DNA of 42,370 nucleotides from Amoebophrya sp. A120 (GCA_905178155.1 CAJINV010000038.1:17278-59647), one strand, 5' to 3'; numbered from the stretch's first letter, positions 11,801 through 22,439 are shown. Made by a program: numbers and translations. Notes: generated by a model not told the origin, from the sequence alone.

Positions 11801-14800
11801 GCCTGCCGGCTGCCGCTGGCCCCCGCCTGCCCGCTGCCGCTTGCTGGCCTCTGCCTGCCGGCTGGCTGCCGCTCGCCCCTGCCTGCCGCTGGCCTCCGCC
11901 TGCCGCTGGCCTCCGCCTGCCGCTGGCCCCTTCCTGCCGCCCGCTGGCCCCGGCTTGCCGGCTGCCTGCCGCTGGCCTCTGCCTGCCGCTGGCCCGCCCC
12001 TTCCTGCCGCTGGCCTCTGCCTGCCGCTGGCCTCTTCCTGCCGCTGGCCTCGGCCTGGCCTGCCGCTGGGGCTTGGCGGCCTCTGCCTGCCGCTGGCCTC
12101 TTCCTGCCGCCGGCCTCATCCTGCCGCTGGCCTCTGCCTGCCCTGCCGCCAGACTCACTCTGCCTGCCGGCTGCCGCTAGCCTCTTCCTGCCGGCTGCCG
12201 CTAGCCTCCGCCTGCCGGCTGCCGCTGGCCTCTGCCTGCCGCTAGCCTCTGCCTGCGCTGCCGGCTGCCGCTGGCCTCTTCCTGCCGGCTGCCGCTAGCC
12301 TCTGCCTGCCGGACGCCGCCCCTGGCCTCTGCCTGCCGGGTGCCGCTCCTGGCCTCTGCCTGCCGGCTGCCGCTCCTGGCCTCTGCCTGCCGGCCGCCTG
12401 CGTGCCGCTAGCCTCTACCTGCCGGCTGCCGCGGGCCTCTTCCTGCCGCCAGCCTCTTCCTGCCGTTGGCCTCTGCCTGCCGCTGGCCCCTACCTGCCGC
12501 TAGCCTCTTCCTGCCGCTAGCCTCTCCCTGCCGCTAGCCTTTGCCTGCCGGCCAACGCTCGCCTCTTCGTTCCTGCCGGCTGCCGCTAGCCTCCGCCCCC
12601 CGGCTGCCGCACCGCTTGCCGCCGGCTGCCGCTAGCCTCTCTCCGGGCCGGCTACCGCTCGCCTCTGCCTGCTGGCTGCCGCTGGCCTCTGCCTGCCGGC
12701 TGCCGCACCGCGCGCCGCCGGCTGGCGCTAGCTGCCCCTGCCTCCCTTCCGGCTGCCGCACCGCGGGCCGGGGGCTGCCGCTGGCGTCGCTCTGGGCCGG
12801 CCGCGCGCTAGCCGATTGGCCGGCCCGGCCGCCGCTAGATAATCCCCGGCCAATGTTAGCCTGCCGGCTGCCGCTGGCCGTCCAGCCGCGGCTAGCCTTC
12901 CGGTTGCCGCTGACCAGCCTGCCGACCGGCCACTGCTAGCCTTCCGGCTGTTGCTGGCCTACCGGCCGCCGCTAGCCTGCCGGCTGCTTTGCGCATCGCG
13001 TGGGGGCTCTCTTGTTGTGGTCCCTGGCTGCCGCTCTGCTCACGGCAGGGACGACCTGCAATAGTTAGCTTCTTGCGCCCTGTCCCTTGACGAAATCGCG
13101 CGGGCCGCTCTACGGGCCCTCTTAAGCATCCCCTTAAAGATCTCCTTAAAGATTCCCTTAAGAATGCCCTTAAAGATGCCCCTTAAAGATTTCCCCTTAA
13201 AGAAATCGCCTTAAAACCTTTCGGCCTCCCTGAATCCCCATGCTACGGGCTTCTGGGTGCCAAAACCTTGCGCCAACGCACACAGAAAAACGCGTCATAC
13301 CGTCGGCGCAAAAATGAACCCCCATGGCCTCATCGATTCCGCCCCCCCCTTTTTTTAAGGAGTTTCTTAAGGGGAAGTCTCAAGGGGAGTTCTTAAGGCG
13401 TTTTGTTCATAGGAATAAGTAGAGGGAATGTGATGTTGCACAACCACAAGCGCTAAGTCAAAGATAAATCTGGCCTCAGTGTCTGTAGAAATATGATCCA
13501 GGGAAGAATCTTCAGACTTAAGTATATGATTATTTCTTGCAGCTTTTATTTCCTGCAGGTGTCACCGAGGACATGTGCCGCGCAAAGGTGGAACAGATGG
13601 ACAGTAAGACGAAGGAACTGAAATTGATTCTGTACGAATCCTACACGCGAAGCGACCTCGGACAGATCGCCGAAAGCAAACGTCCAAAACTTGTTTACCG
13701 AATCGGGACCGGCACGGCGATCGACCCGCTGGATTCTGCCTACGTGGCCTTGAACCCCGAACCATCCGGCGTGCAGACGCAGAGCGGCTCGTCTCTTGTG
13801 GCTTTCAGTTACCACGAGCCAGCCGGCGGGATTGCCTTTCGAGTGCAACAGAAGACGGTGCGAGGGGACAAGGGCGTACGCAAGCAGCAAACCGTGCTGA
13901 TTCCCTGGGTTGCCGAGTGGGCCACGCCTGAGTCGCGCGACCGCCTGTGCCTGCTTCTCGTGCGGCAGAAAAAAAACACCGACGTGCCCGCAGTAGGTGT
14001 GTGCGACGAGAAATCGGGTAGCAAATCGAATCAGGTAGGTGCGCGAGTTGTGTTTGCCCTAAAGGAACAAGGGAGCGACAACTCAAAATTTTGCGCGACC
14101 ATACCGGGATCGGGAAGCGCGAGTCGTTGCGTCTGGTGGACGGCGCAACCAAACCCGCCCTGTGCGAAGTTCCTCGGGGCCACAATAATCACGGGAGAGC
14201 ACTACAGCCAGGACGTTTACCCGGCGGCGTACCTGACGTTGCGCACCGCGCACGGGAAGAGCGCCGATCATCTGCAGGGAGACATCACCAAGGTGGAGAT
14301 TACTCCGGCGAGCGGCACTACCGAGACAAAGCAAGTGCATGTACAGGGTGTGGGTCTTTACCGCGCACAGCTGCGCGTAGGGCTGGGCGGAAGCCTGTCG
14401 TGGTCACAGAAGACTCGGCAGCAAAGCGCAAAATGTCGCACCGGACTGGCGCACGTGGGCGCCCTTGCGATAGAGGGGGCGGACGACCTCGAGCCTGCGC
14501 GCCTCGGCGCGGGGGCGGACCACGCGGCGGCTGCGCAGGAAGTACACTGGAATCCCGCGTTCGATAGCACGCAGCGTTGGAAGCACTGGAGAGGGATGAT
14601 CACGGAGGTGCGGCGGCCCGAGCACGAAACTATTACGGAGTTCGCGCAAACGGCGATCGAGTTCTCGCACGCATTTGGGAAGTACGAACTGATGCTGGGG
14701 CTGAGCGGCGCCCCCGCGCAGAACTTTGGTTTCGGTCTGCAGTTTCGGATCGCCTCGGAGAGGTGGCGGGACATCACTCTGAAAGTAGTGGCGGGCCTGC

Positions 14801-17800
14801 AGGCGGCTGCCAAGCGAAAGCGCACTGCGGTGCAGCATGATCAGCACGGCGCAGGAGAGCAGCACGGGGACGACCACGACGGTGGTCATGATCACTACGC
14901 CTCGGTCGGGTATCCCAGAGAAAAAAGCTGGCAGGTCATATGTGTATATGCAAAAAAAAATACACAAAAAAAATATTAAAAGTTGAATAAAAAAAACATG
15001 TATTGCATATCCTTATCCGAAGCAGCATGCTATGGGGCGGCCCATGACAAGTTTTTCTGTGTATTTTTTTATTTTTGCAATTGGACTCTGTAAGACCTAC
15101 CTCCTCCTCCTTGCTGTGGACTCCGTAAGACCTACATTACAAAAAAAAAACAGACATGTAGGAGGTGGATGGGATTGAAAGATGCATGAAAGCAAGCGCG
15201 TGTAAAGAAAAGAAAAGGAATCGCGAAATGGGTTCTACGAGTTGCTTTGGGTAGTTTTGTTGGTCACTGCAAAAATGGAATCGCAAGTCGTTTGTGCGTC
15301 AAGCCCTCCGCTCGATGCTGCCAGTCAGCTGCTGGATGACGGTGCCGGACCTGCTCGCTGCTGCGCGCGACGTTGGTGTGGATGGTCAACATGGATCGCC
15401 AGCTCCCCCTCTTGCAAGACCGTTCTCGCCTCCATCTCAGTGAGGTCGTGGATAGGGTTTGGCGGGTGACTCCCGTTGCGCGATGATCCTGCCGTTTCTG
15501 ATTACACGTCCCCGGCACACTCGGGTAGTAGGTCGGGTTGGTCGTTTTCCATCGTCGTTCGCTTGGACCCTGGGGTTTCCTTTAAGGCGTTCGGCAGGTC
15601 TTGCGGCCTCGCGCTTCAAGGTGTGTTGCCCTGAGATCGCGTGGTTTTCGGACTACTGCGGATCTGCACCTTGCTGCCCGTTGTGCTTCTTGACTCGTGG
15701 TTTTCCTCCTTCCTTGCTTTGCTCCTCCTGTGGTGCTTGGTCCCCAGAGTTCCGGGGCCTTGGTTCTCTGGGTTACCTGGGTCGAGATGGCTGCGCGGTT
15801 CGATTCTTCCTATGCCCCTGCCCCTCTGGTCTGTGCCGCTGCAGTCGGAGGTGTGCGTTTTCATTCGTCAGCCAGCCTCTTAGAGCTGAAGCTATATGAC
15901 GTTTGCGTTGGGGAGATTATCAACGGTCCCTCAGGGCATTGCCCCGTTGCTCGCTCTTGGTGGGAGGTGGTTGAGCTTGCTTCGGGAAGAGTAGCCGGAG
16001 TTGAATTGGCTTCTTGCCTTTTCATTTGGGTCTGGTCGACTATAGGTTCCACCCTCGTTTCTCACCTCCAGGGGCCCTGGGCACCTCGCCATTGATGTTT
16101 CACTTGGTGGAAGATGACAGGGTTCTACGAGCTATTATGGGTGTCTATTGTCTTTTATTTTTGCATTACAAATATGCCCTGCCAGACCCAGCTTTTTTCT
16201 CTGGGATATCGGAACGAACGTACTTGGCGGGGAAAGGCTCCTACCGACCTCGTACCGGATCGCCGAGGGCCACATGCACGGCCGCAACAACTTTCGTCCG
16301 GATTCCTGGGATTCCGAGGGCGTCGAGATGTACTTCCTGTATCACGAAGCCTTTCAAAAGACACTTGATGCCATTGTGATGGGATTTCAGCTCTACGAGT
16401 TCAGCGCTCTATGAGAGTACACAGCTCCCCCCCTGTCGCTGCCTCGGAATTTGAAGAGGATGGACTTGGACTTGTGAAGGCAGGGGCATCAAGGGTGAGA
16501 GTTTAGCTTGTTCTGCATTTTTTACGAACGAGCATAAAGATCCACGCCCACCGATATCGATGAATAGTTACTAGTACTCATAAATATATCTGCATGATTC
16601 TGCTCTATATTGAGGGGGGCTTCCCAACCTCAACATCAACTTGCCAATGTGAATCTAGCCACGCAGTAGAGAAAATCAAAGGCAAGAATGATGTGGTCGG
16701 TACTTTATGGTATGTGCCTTGTTCCTGTTCGCGCACGACAACTCTTGCTGAGGAGTCGAGGGGAGGAGCTGTTCCATGTAATATGTGAATCACGCCGACG
16801 GGATCATCCAGGAACACCACTTGGTTGACGCCCTCGAGGAGTTAGGTGGGGAGGGGGAGCGGAACGAGCTTGCGTCGCACATACTGGATCATGCTCTGCA
16901 CGGGAACGAGCAGCTGGGCGCGATTTTGGGCCAGATTGCGCACTTCCACCACATTTACAGCAATGTGGGTTCCCTTGCAATGAATGCGGCGATCATTGGC
17001 ATCGGAGCCATGGTCTACCACGGAATGGACATGACGGCTTTCTTCACGGCCGGTTGGACGTTTTGGTCTGACGCGGTGTACACAAAGCTGGTGGGCGTTG
17101 CAGCGTTTTCGGTGAACCGCGGTGGAATGGGGGCGATGGGATTTCTTGCGGGCGCAAAAATGCTATGTGCGAAAATCACTGTTCTTGGACACGGTGTTTT
17201 CGGATTCGGTTTCATAGCGACTGTGACGACAGCAGTTGGTTTTGCGCTGCTGTTTAGCGATGCGCTTTACACGTTTGTTCCCGTTCCGCCGGCCTCGCAC
17301 TTCCTGGTGGCGCAGCGGATGGAAGTCCGGAAAAAGCGCGACCGCGCGTACGTATTTGCGGCGCTGCCTGTCGCCCGACCGCTCCTGAAAACCCACTTGG
17401 GTCTGACCAATGGCGGGATGGGGCGTGGAAGTACCGGCGCATCCCGAGATGTGGACCAGCGCGGCCAAGCAATGTGGTCCGGGGCGAAATGGCTGCGCGG
17501 TCCGGTTGGAACGTTTTCTGCGACGCAGTCCTACGGTTTGTGGAAGCCCCTCGGCATCTCTCGTGATGAGGACGCGGATTTACTGAAGGGCGGTAGGAGC
17601 GACGGGGACGGGGTCGCCGTCGCCACTGCGGACCTCGTGGGGAACCTGATTGTTTCGCGATGCACCGAAGCCGGGAGTGGTGCAGCCTGTCGCAGTTTCG
17701 GGACTTTTCTCCCCGTATCGAATGCAAATATGTCTGCGTCTGGAAGCCGAGGCTCGCAGATGTCTGTAATGCAGGTTTTGCATGAGCATGGGACCGATGG

Positions 17801-20800
17801 CCCAGGCCCAGGGCGTCCCTGCAGGTACCAGCGTCACAAGTTCTGCAAGAGCTCTGCAATGCCTATGTATTCTGCATGAGAAACCCACTCTCAGGGCGGC
17901 CAAAAGCAAAAATGAAATGCATGGCCGAGTTTTGTGTAGTTGGCAGAGAGCCTCACAAGTTTGCACCTTATTTCCAGACACGCACATGTTTGCAATGCAT
18001 ACCCCGCGGCTGCCGCGGAGGTCCTGAGCGCCGCAGAGGCGGACGCCGCAAACGCCGCACAGGTCGACCTGAACGAAGATTCGGCGATCGCGCCCTCGCA
18101 GCGAAAAGCCGGAAAGAGGACCGTGTTTACTTCACCGCACACGGACCTCCTCGGTAGCGCAAATAATGTGTGGACCATGAGGTTTGTGAAAATGGCCCCC
18201 AGTCACAAAGACCGCTGGCCCGACCTTGCTTACTTTCCGTACTATCAGGAGATCCCCGACCTCAGCGCTACTGTCACGGTGGACAAGGAAAAGCCAAAGC
18301 CTCCTGCTGCGCAGACAGCGAAGTTTTTACCCCACGGCTACGTCTATAACATTGCGCCGGAGTCCTGGGCCGGGCAGGTACTGGACAGCGCACTCGCAGG
18401 ACAAAACCGCTTTGCGCGCATCGTGTACTCGGTCGAGCGCGAATTGAACCGCCTCCTGTATCTGATGATTTCGATGTTCCCGAACGAGATCCGGCTGTCA
18501 CAGGCAGGAAGTCGGGCGTTCGAGTCTCAAACGGACAAGGCGCGGTCTGATTTGCAGGATTCCCTTAACGAGAGGGCTCTAGGAGTGGAAGATGTCCTGC
18601 AGCCCCGAAACGCCTTCGTGAAGCAGATGCCGGCTCTAGTAAACGGCCGGACGTGCCTTTCTGTAGTTGGTGGAGACGAGAACGACGCAACAGCGGAGCG
18701 CTCGTCTAGAAACAGTGACCTAGGAGTATCCTGTGTAAAGACGTCCTCGCCCCATGGTCAAGATGGGAAATCTGCTGGACAAATCAACAAGCTTTGGTTG
18801 TTCCGCGTGACATGTTTAGCTAGTTCAGCAGCGTCACAGATCTAGCGCATCATAGTCAGACTGGTTGGAGCGTGACAAATGCAAATCCCGAAAAACGGCG
18901 ACAAAATGCTTCTCATGGGGCTCCGTACGAGAAAGAAATATTTTCAGCGTGCAGATTTGCATCAAAAAAATGATTTGCGTTACAGCTATGGGGTGGGGAC
19001 GTTTTTACATAGGATAAGGAGCGGACAACCACGACCCTGAAAGCGGTGGGCGGCTGCTGGTGCCGGTTGATGTTTTGCACAACGACAAGGACAAAATGGC
19101 CTGGCTCGGAACGATGGGCGTGATCGGATTCAACAAACTTTTCAGCCGAAAGGTGGGGAGGACCTTTGGTTTCGAAGCTGACCCTTCGAGTTGTGTAGAT
19201 TCGGAGATACGGGCCGCCGAACAAACGGGCACCGCCATCATGGGCAGCCTATTTTTTCGCGGACCGTGGCGGTCGCACGGCGTTCTGAGCGTCGAGGCCT
19301 CGACCGAGGACCGTTTCGCGGTCCGGAGGTGGGCGTTTGCGGCGTCGGAATCGGCTGCTCGGCCACCGGTCGTCGGCTCGTCTCCCTCTTCGGTCAGTGC
19401 GTCGGCAAGCAGTTCTTGGGACGTCAAAAAGGTGAGTATTCGCTGCGACCAACTGGTGCAATTGGATCAGCAGTACCTTCGGCCCTATTTCGAGGCGCGG
19501 TTCACTTCGAAAAAGGGGTTGTTTGGCTACTTCCTGCGGTTTCTGTCTGTGCGAAGCTGGGCCAGCGGAACGGTGGACCAGTTGCACATGTACAGACCGC
19601 CGCCGCTATGTGCATGCAGGAAGGCGGCCTCTGCCTCCTTCCTGCAGACCGCGCGGGAGGGCCAGGCGCTGGCAGTCGGGGAGAAAGAGAAACTTGAACA
19701 GAAGAAGCAGCAGTTGCAACCAGGCCCGATAGCTATGGCGGCGGGGTTAGTAGGTTCGGTGGGTGCTGGGATCGCTATGAACGCCGTGAACCGGTTCTCC
19801 GGGGACCTGAGCATGGCCTGTGGGGGCGAGGTGCCGTGGCGTGGCAAGGGTAGCGTTGGTGCGAACACGAGGAAACCGGACGACCTGAAAAACGCTGACG
19901 GCAATCACGGCGGGGGCACGCTAGAAAGCGGGAGCCTAGAGGAGGAAGCGGCATTAGTCCATTACTGGTTGGTATGCATTGCAAATGCGTCTCGGTCTGG
20001 AAACTGGTCGTGATACAGGTTGGACAATCATGAGAATCATGCCTGACTTTTTGGCAGCCGAGCATGACAAGTTTATTATTGAGTTTCTACGCTTAGGCTT
20101 ACCTTCTCTTCGGAGCGGGTAACGTGGCGTAAGTTGCTATTTCCAGGGGACGAGAAGGTGCCTTTTCTGCATGGCAAACGCAAAGGCAAAGTGCGTTTTT
20201 GCATGACAAAAAAGTGGGGTGCTTGGGTGACGTGCATGACAGCCTTCGGAGTCATGCTGGCCGAGCATGACAAGCCTTGCACTCTTCCAGACCCAGCCAT
20301 ATTTGCAGGGGATAGCTCGAGGAGGCGCTGACGCTTCTTGGCCCCGTGTTTCTTCTGCCGTTCGAGATTCGCAACGCCGTGACGGCGGTCCTTACGCCAA
20401 AGAGCGGCTCGCTGGAAGAGAGCTCCTTCAAACCGGACAAACCGTACGCGGAAAGGGTGGTCTGTTCCATGGAGAACCCAGCCGCGTGGCGCAGCGAGGA
20501 CGCCAAGGTATCGTACACCTTCAGAACCGACGGGGGGCAAAGCCAAAAGGAAGAAGAGGTCACGCTGTCCTATCCGGCGCTGGACTGCGTGCATGCCAAG
20601 ATGGCAGCGGAGCTGCAGGCAAACAAATACCTGGCGAACACCTTCAACCTTGGCAATGCGGCGGCCATCCATCTGCGCGAAACCACGCTGCAGCTTCCCG
20701 GACTCCCGCAGTCCACGGAGCGAACCGGGACGTGGCGGTGGCCCCAGTGCGAAGAGGCGAGTGATCTGATCAGCTTCGGATTCTTCGAGAACCGGGGGAA

Positions 20801-21038
20801 CAAGCTGGAAATCAGCACCGGGATGCAGGCCTGGGTGGATGCTACCTCTGTGCTGTGGCCCAGTGCGGCGGACTTTGTCCGGTATCTGAAGCAGAACGCC
20901 GACCGCTGCTCGGCCAACCGACTTCTGAACGCGTTTCCCTACAACGCCGCCGGATCGGTGTGCGTGGAGTCCGATTCGCACGCATGCATGAAGGACGATA
21001 TTGAGGAGGCAGACGAAGCGGCCGCGCACCTCCGGTAG
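5831..21038 (+). CDS. Gene 2, giant (~3,000 aa) hypothetical protein, probably secreted or membrane-associated. Approximate exons: 5831-6126, 6398-7628, ~8001-8161, 8458-9486, 9817-11209, 13559-14910, 16214-~16409, ~16785-17715, 18007-18726, 19022-19971, 20316-21038
   Basis: Eleven ORF segments become one frame when nine IR-bounded elements and one canonical GT-AG intron (11210-13558, phase 1) are removed. Acceptor TGTGCAG at 5830; true start is upstream and unresolved. Gly-rich hydrophobic segments at ~16960-17290 and ~19730-19790. Confidence 0.75.
6127..6392 (+). mobile_element. Introner/MITE family A, copy 3
   Basis: Same TIR and interior as 1190-1458. Perfect TSD TCGAC (6122-6126, 6393-6397). 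Removing 271 nt gives HFVID|PESRRVD. Confidence 0.93.
6797..6875 (+). repeat. 39-bp coding tandem duplication (SSSSSKRDRKAPP x2)
   Basis: TCTTCTTCGTCCAGCAAGCGGGACAGGAAAGC occurs twice, 39 nt apart. Confidence 0.85.
7629..8001. mobile_element. Introner family A/B, diverged copy
   Basis: Ends TATCGATTGCAAGGATGTCTG ... CTTCCAGACCCAGGCACATAATTTGCAATGCATA. Contains a stop (7883-7885). Removing 372 or 378 nt joins ORF 6116 to AVVVYDSGYF (ORF 8012). Confidence 0.8.
8162..8456. mobile_element. IR-bounded intron-like element
   Basis: Perfect 13-bp IR CCCTCCCCATATC / GATATGGGGAGGG. Removing ~296 nt joins KRKNH to AFFLLMTSFLE (ORF 8470). Confidence 0.7.
9488..9812 (+). mobile_element. Introner family C, copy 1 (also readable as a GT-AG intron, 9487-9816)
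   Basis: TIR TATCCTGAGGAAAA / TTTTCCACAGGATG. TSD CAAGG/TAAGG. Removing 330 nt gives MFRRK|ELEFGII. Shares GTCAAGATGGGAA with 18727-19016. Confidence 0.88.
11460..12990. repeat. GC-rich scrambled minisatellite (GCCTCTGCCTGCC / GGCTGCCGCT(A/G) units)
   Basis: ~1.5 kb of reiterated 9-22 nt motifs, almost no A on the + strand. Confidence 0.95.
13117..13400. repeat. Inverted CCTTAA(A)G motif arrays (foldback-like)
   Basis: About 8 copies of (C)CTTAA at 13117-13217 face about 4 copies of TTAAGG-like motifs at 13352-13400. Confidence 0.7.
14911..16208. mobile_element. Long (1298-nt) introner with cargo, family A-related
   Basis: ~45-bp TIR TATCCCAGAGAAAAAAGCTGG(GTCTGG)CAGG.CATAT.TGTA.ATGCAAAAA. 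TSD TCGGG/TCGGA. Removing 1303 nt gives HYASV|GTNVLGGERL. Confidence 0.9.
16410..16783. mobile_element. Degenerate IR-bounded intron-like element
   Basis: TAT.......ACAGCTCCCCCC at the left vs GGGGAGGAGCTGT.......ATA at the right. Removing 373-379 nt (1 mod 3) joins ORF 16148 to ORF 16785. Confidence 0.65.
17716..18001. mobile_element. Introner family A/B copy
   Basis: TIR TATCGAATGCAAATATGTCTGCGTCTGGAA / TTCCAGACACGCACATGTTTGCAATGCATA. Perfect TSD CCCCG. Removing 291 nt gives GTFLP|AAAAEVL. Confidence 0.92.
18727..19016 (+). mobile_element. Introner family C, copy 2
   Basis: TIR TATCCTGTGTAAAGACGTCC / GGACGTTTTTACATAGGATA. Perfect TSD AGGAG. Removing 295 nt gives NSDLG|ADNHDPES. Confidence 0.92.
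19973..20314. mobile_element. Introner family A/B copy (also readable as a GT-AG intron, 19972-20315)
   Basis: TATGCATTGCAAATGCGTCTCGGTCTGGAA ... TTCCAGACCCAGCCATATTTGCAGGGGATA. Degenerate TSD GTTGG/GCTCG. Removing 344 or 347 nt joins VHYWL to (L)EEALTLLGP. Confidence 0.85.
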
Positions 21039-21750
21039 CCAAGACATTCTGTACGACACTGTTTAATACTACAATATTGATTTTTCGTCAAAGCGGCGCG
21101 GCTTGCGATGTCAATCAGTACGAAGGACCTACTGTTGCTGTTGTGTTGAACTGCCGAAACGATCGATGTTGCGGGTAGTGTGCCTGTCAGTCCTGCAGGG
21201 CCGCTGGTAGAATGAAGTAACACGGCGCCGACGAATGAATCCAGAAGGCACGAGGTATTCATCGCGACTCAACGGCTGGTCGTTCTCATTCGACTTTCGA
21301 GATCCCTGGCAGGAAAAAGAACAGATCTAGACCTGCAGAAAAAGTCCACCCGTGCGTGCTGTCTATACAGGCGAGGACCCTGTACAGTGTGCCCCGGCAT
21401 CGAGGGTCAGAAACGGAACGGAAAACGCAAGCTGCTGCTCTGCTGCTTCACCATCCTCCAATCGAAGAGCTTCTTACTTACTCAACGCAACGCCATGGTT
21501 GTTGAGTCAGGCCTCTTGCCGTTACCTGTTGCTTCTCGCCTGCAAGTCCGCTCCCGTGTGAAGATGAAGGAAGTCCACGCCAATTCAAGTTTGATCAACT
21601 TCTGCGGGCGCCAACAGTAGTTGCGGTACATGCGAATGGGGCAAGGGAGGAATTCATCACAGACACAGGAGCCACGCTGACACCAGATTATTTGACCAAA
21701 ATGAACACGCAGCTCGGGAAAGTAAAAAAAAGGAGAAACACAAAAAAAAT

Positions 21751-22439
21751 AAAGTAAAAACACAAAAAAAAGCAACCTTCTAGTTCGATTACAGCAAAAC
21801 TTTAACTGGCAACTTTCTTTTCACAAAAACAGCTTCACGCAGTGACAACGTAAAAATCTCTTCCTTTGAAAAAACCGTTTACCTCGAGCTCTCTCGTGCA
21901 ACTTTCAACGATCAAACTTTTACAAGCAAGCAGCTCTTCAACTTTTGGACTTTCACCAACGAAAACAACTTTTAGAAAGGTTTACTTTTAGCAATAAAAC
22001 TTTTTCGCGTTCGTTCTACCAGTCCGTTCTGTTTTTCTCAAGAAAGAGCTCAAAGTGGCTCCTTCTAACTGGTATTTTTATTGAAGTAGCGATATTAAAA
22101 GTAAAAACACAAAAAAAAAAACAACCTTCTAGTTCGACTACAGCAAAACTTTAATGGCAACCATCTTCTCACAAAAACAGCTTCACGCAGTGACAACGTA
22201 AAAATCTCTTCCTTTGAAAAAACCGTTTACCTCGAGCTCTCTCGTTCAACTTTCAACGATCAAACTTTTACAAGCAAGCAGCTCTTCAACTTTTGGACTT
22301 TCACCAACGAAAATAACTTTTAGAAAGGTTTACTTTTAGCAACAAAACTTTTTCGCGTTCGTTCTACCAGTCCGTTCTGTTTTTCTCAAGAAAGAGCTCA
22401 AAGTGGCTCCTTCTAACTGGTATTTTTATTGAAATAGCG
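21751..22439. repeat. ~347-bp AT-rich tandem duplication (2 copies)
   Basis: 21751-22090 and 22098-22439 are near identical, from AAAGTAAAAACAC...CCTTCTAGTTCGA to TATTTTTATTGAA.TAGCG. Confidence 0.93.

Larger units (their letters stand above)
11210..13558 (+). other. Canonical GT-AG intron (2349 nt) of gene 2, containing a minisatellite and a motif-array element
   Basis: AAAG|GTACT donor and TTTCCTGCAG|GT acceptor. Phase 1 at both ends recreates a Gly codon. Confidence 0.75.

Noticed and set aside
11493-12939. ORFs on both strands in the GC-rich tract
   Set aside because: Artefacts of a stop-poor minisatellite inside a GT-AG intron.
21115-21640. Possible small minus-strand spliced gene
   Set aside because: Some splice-like sites and a short open frame, but no consistent model or recognisable product.
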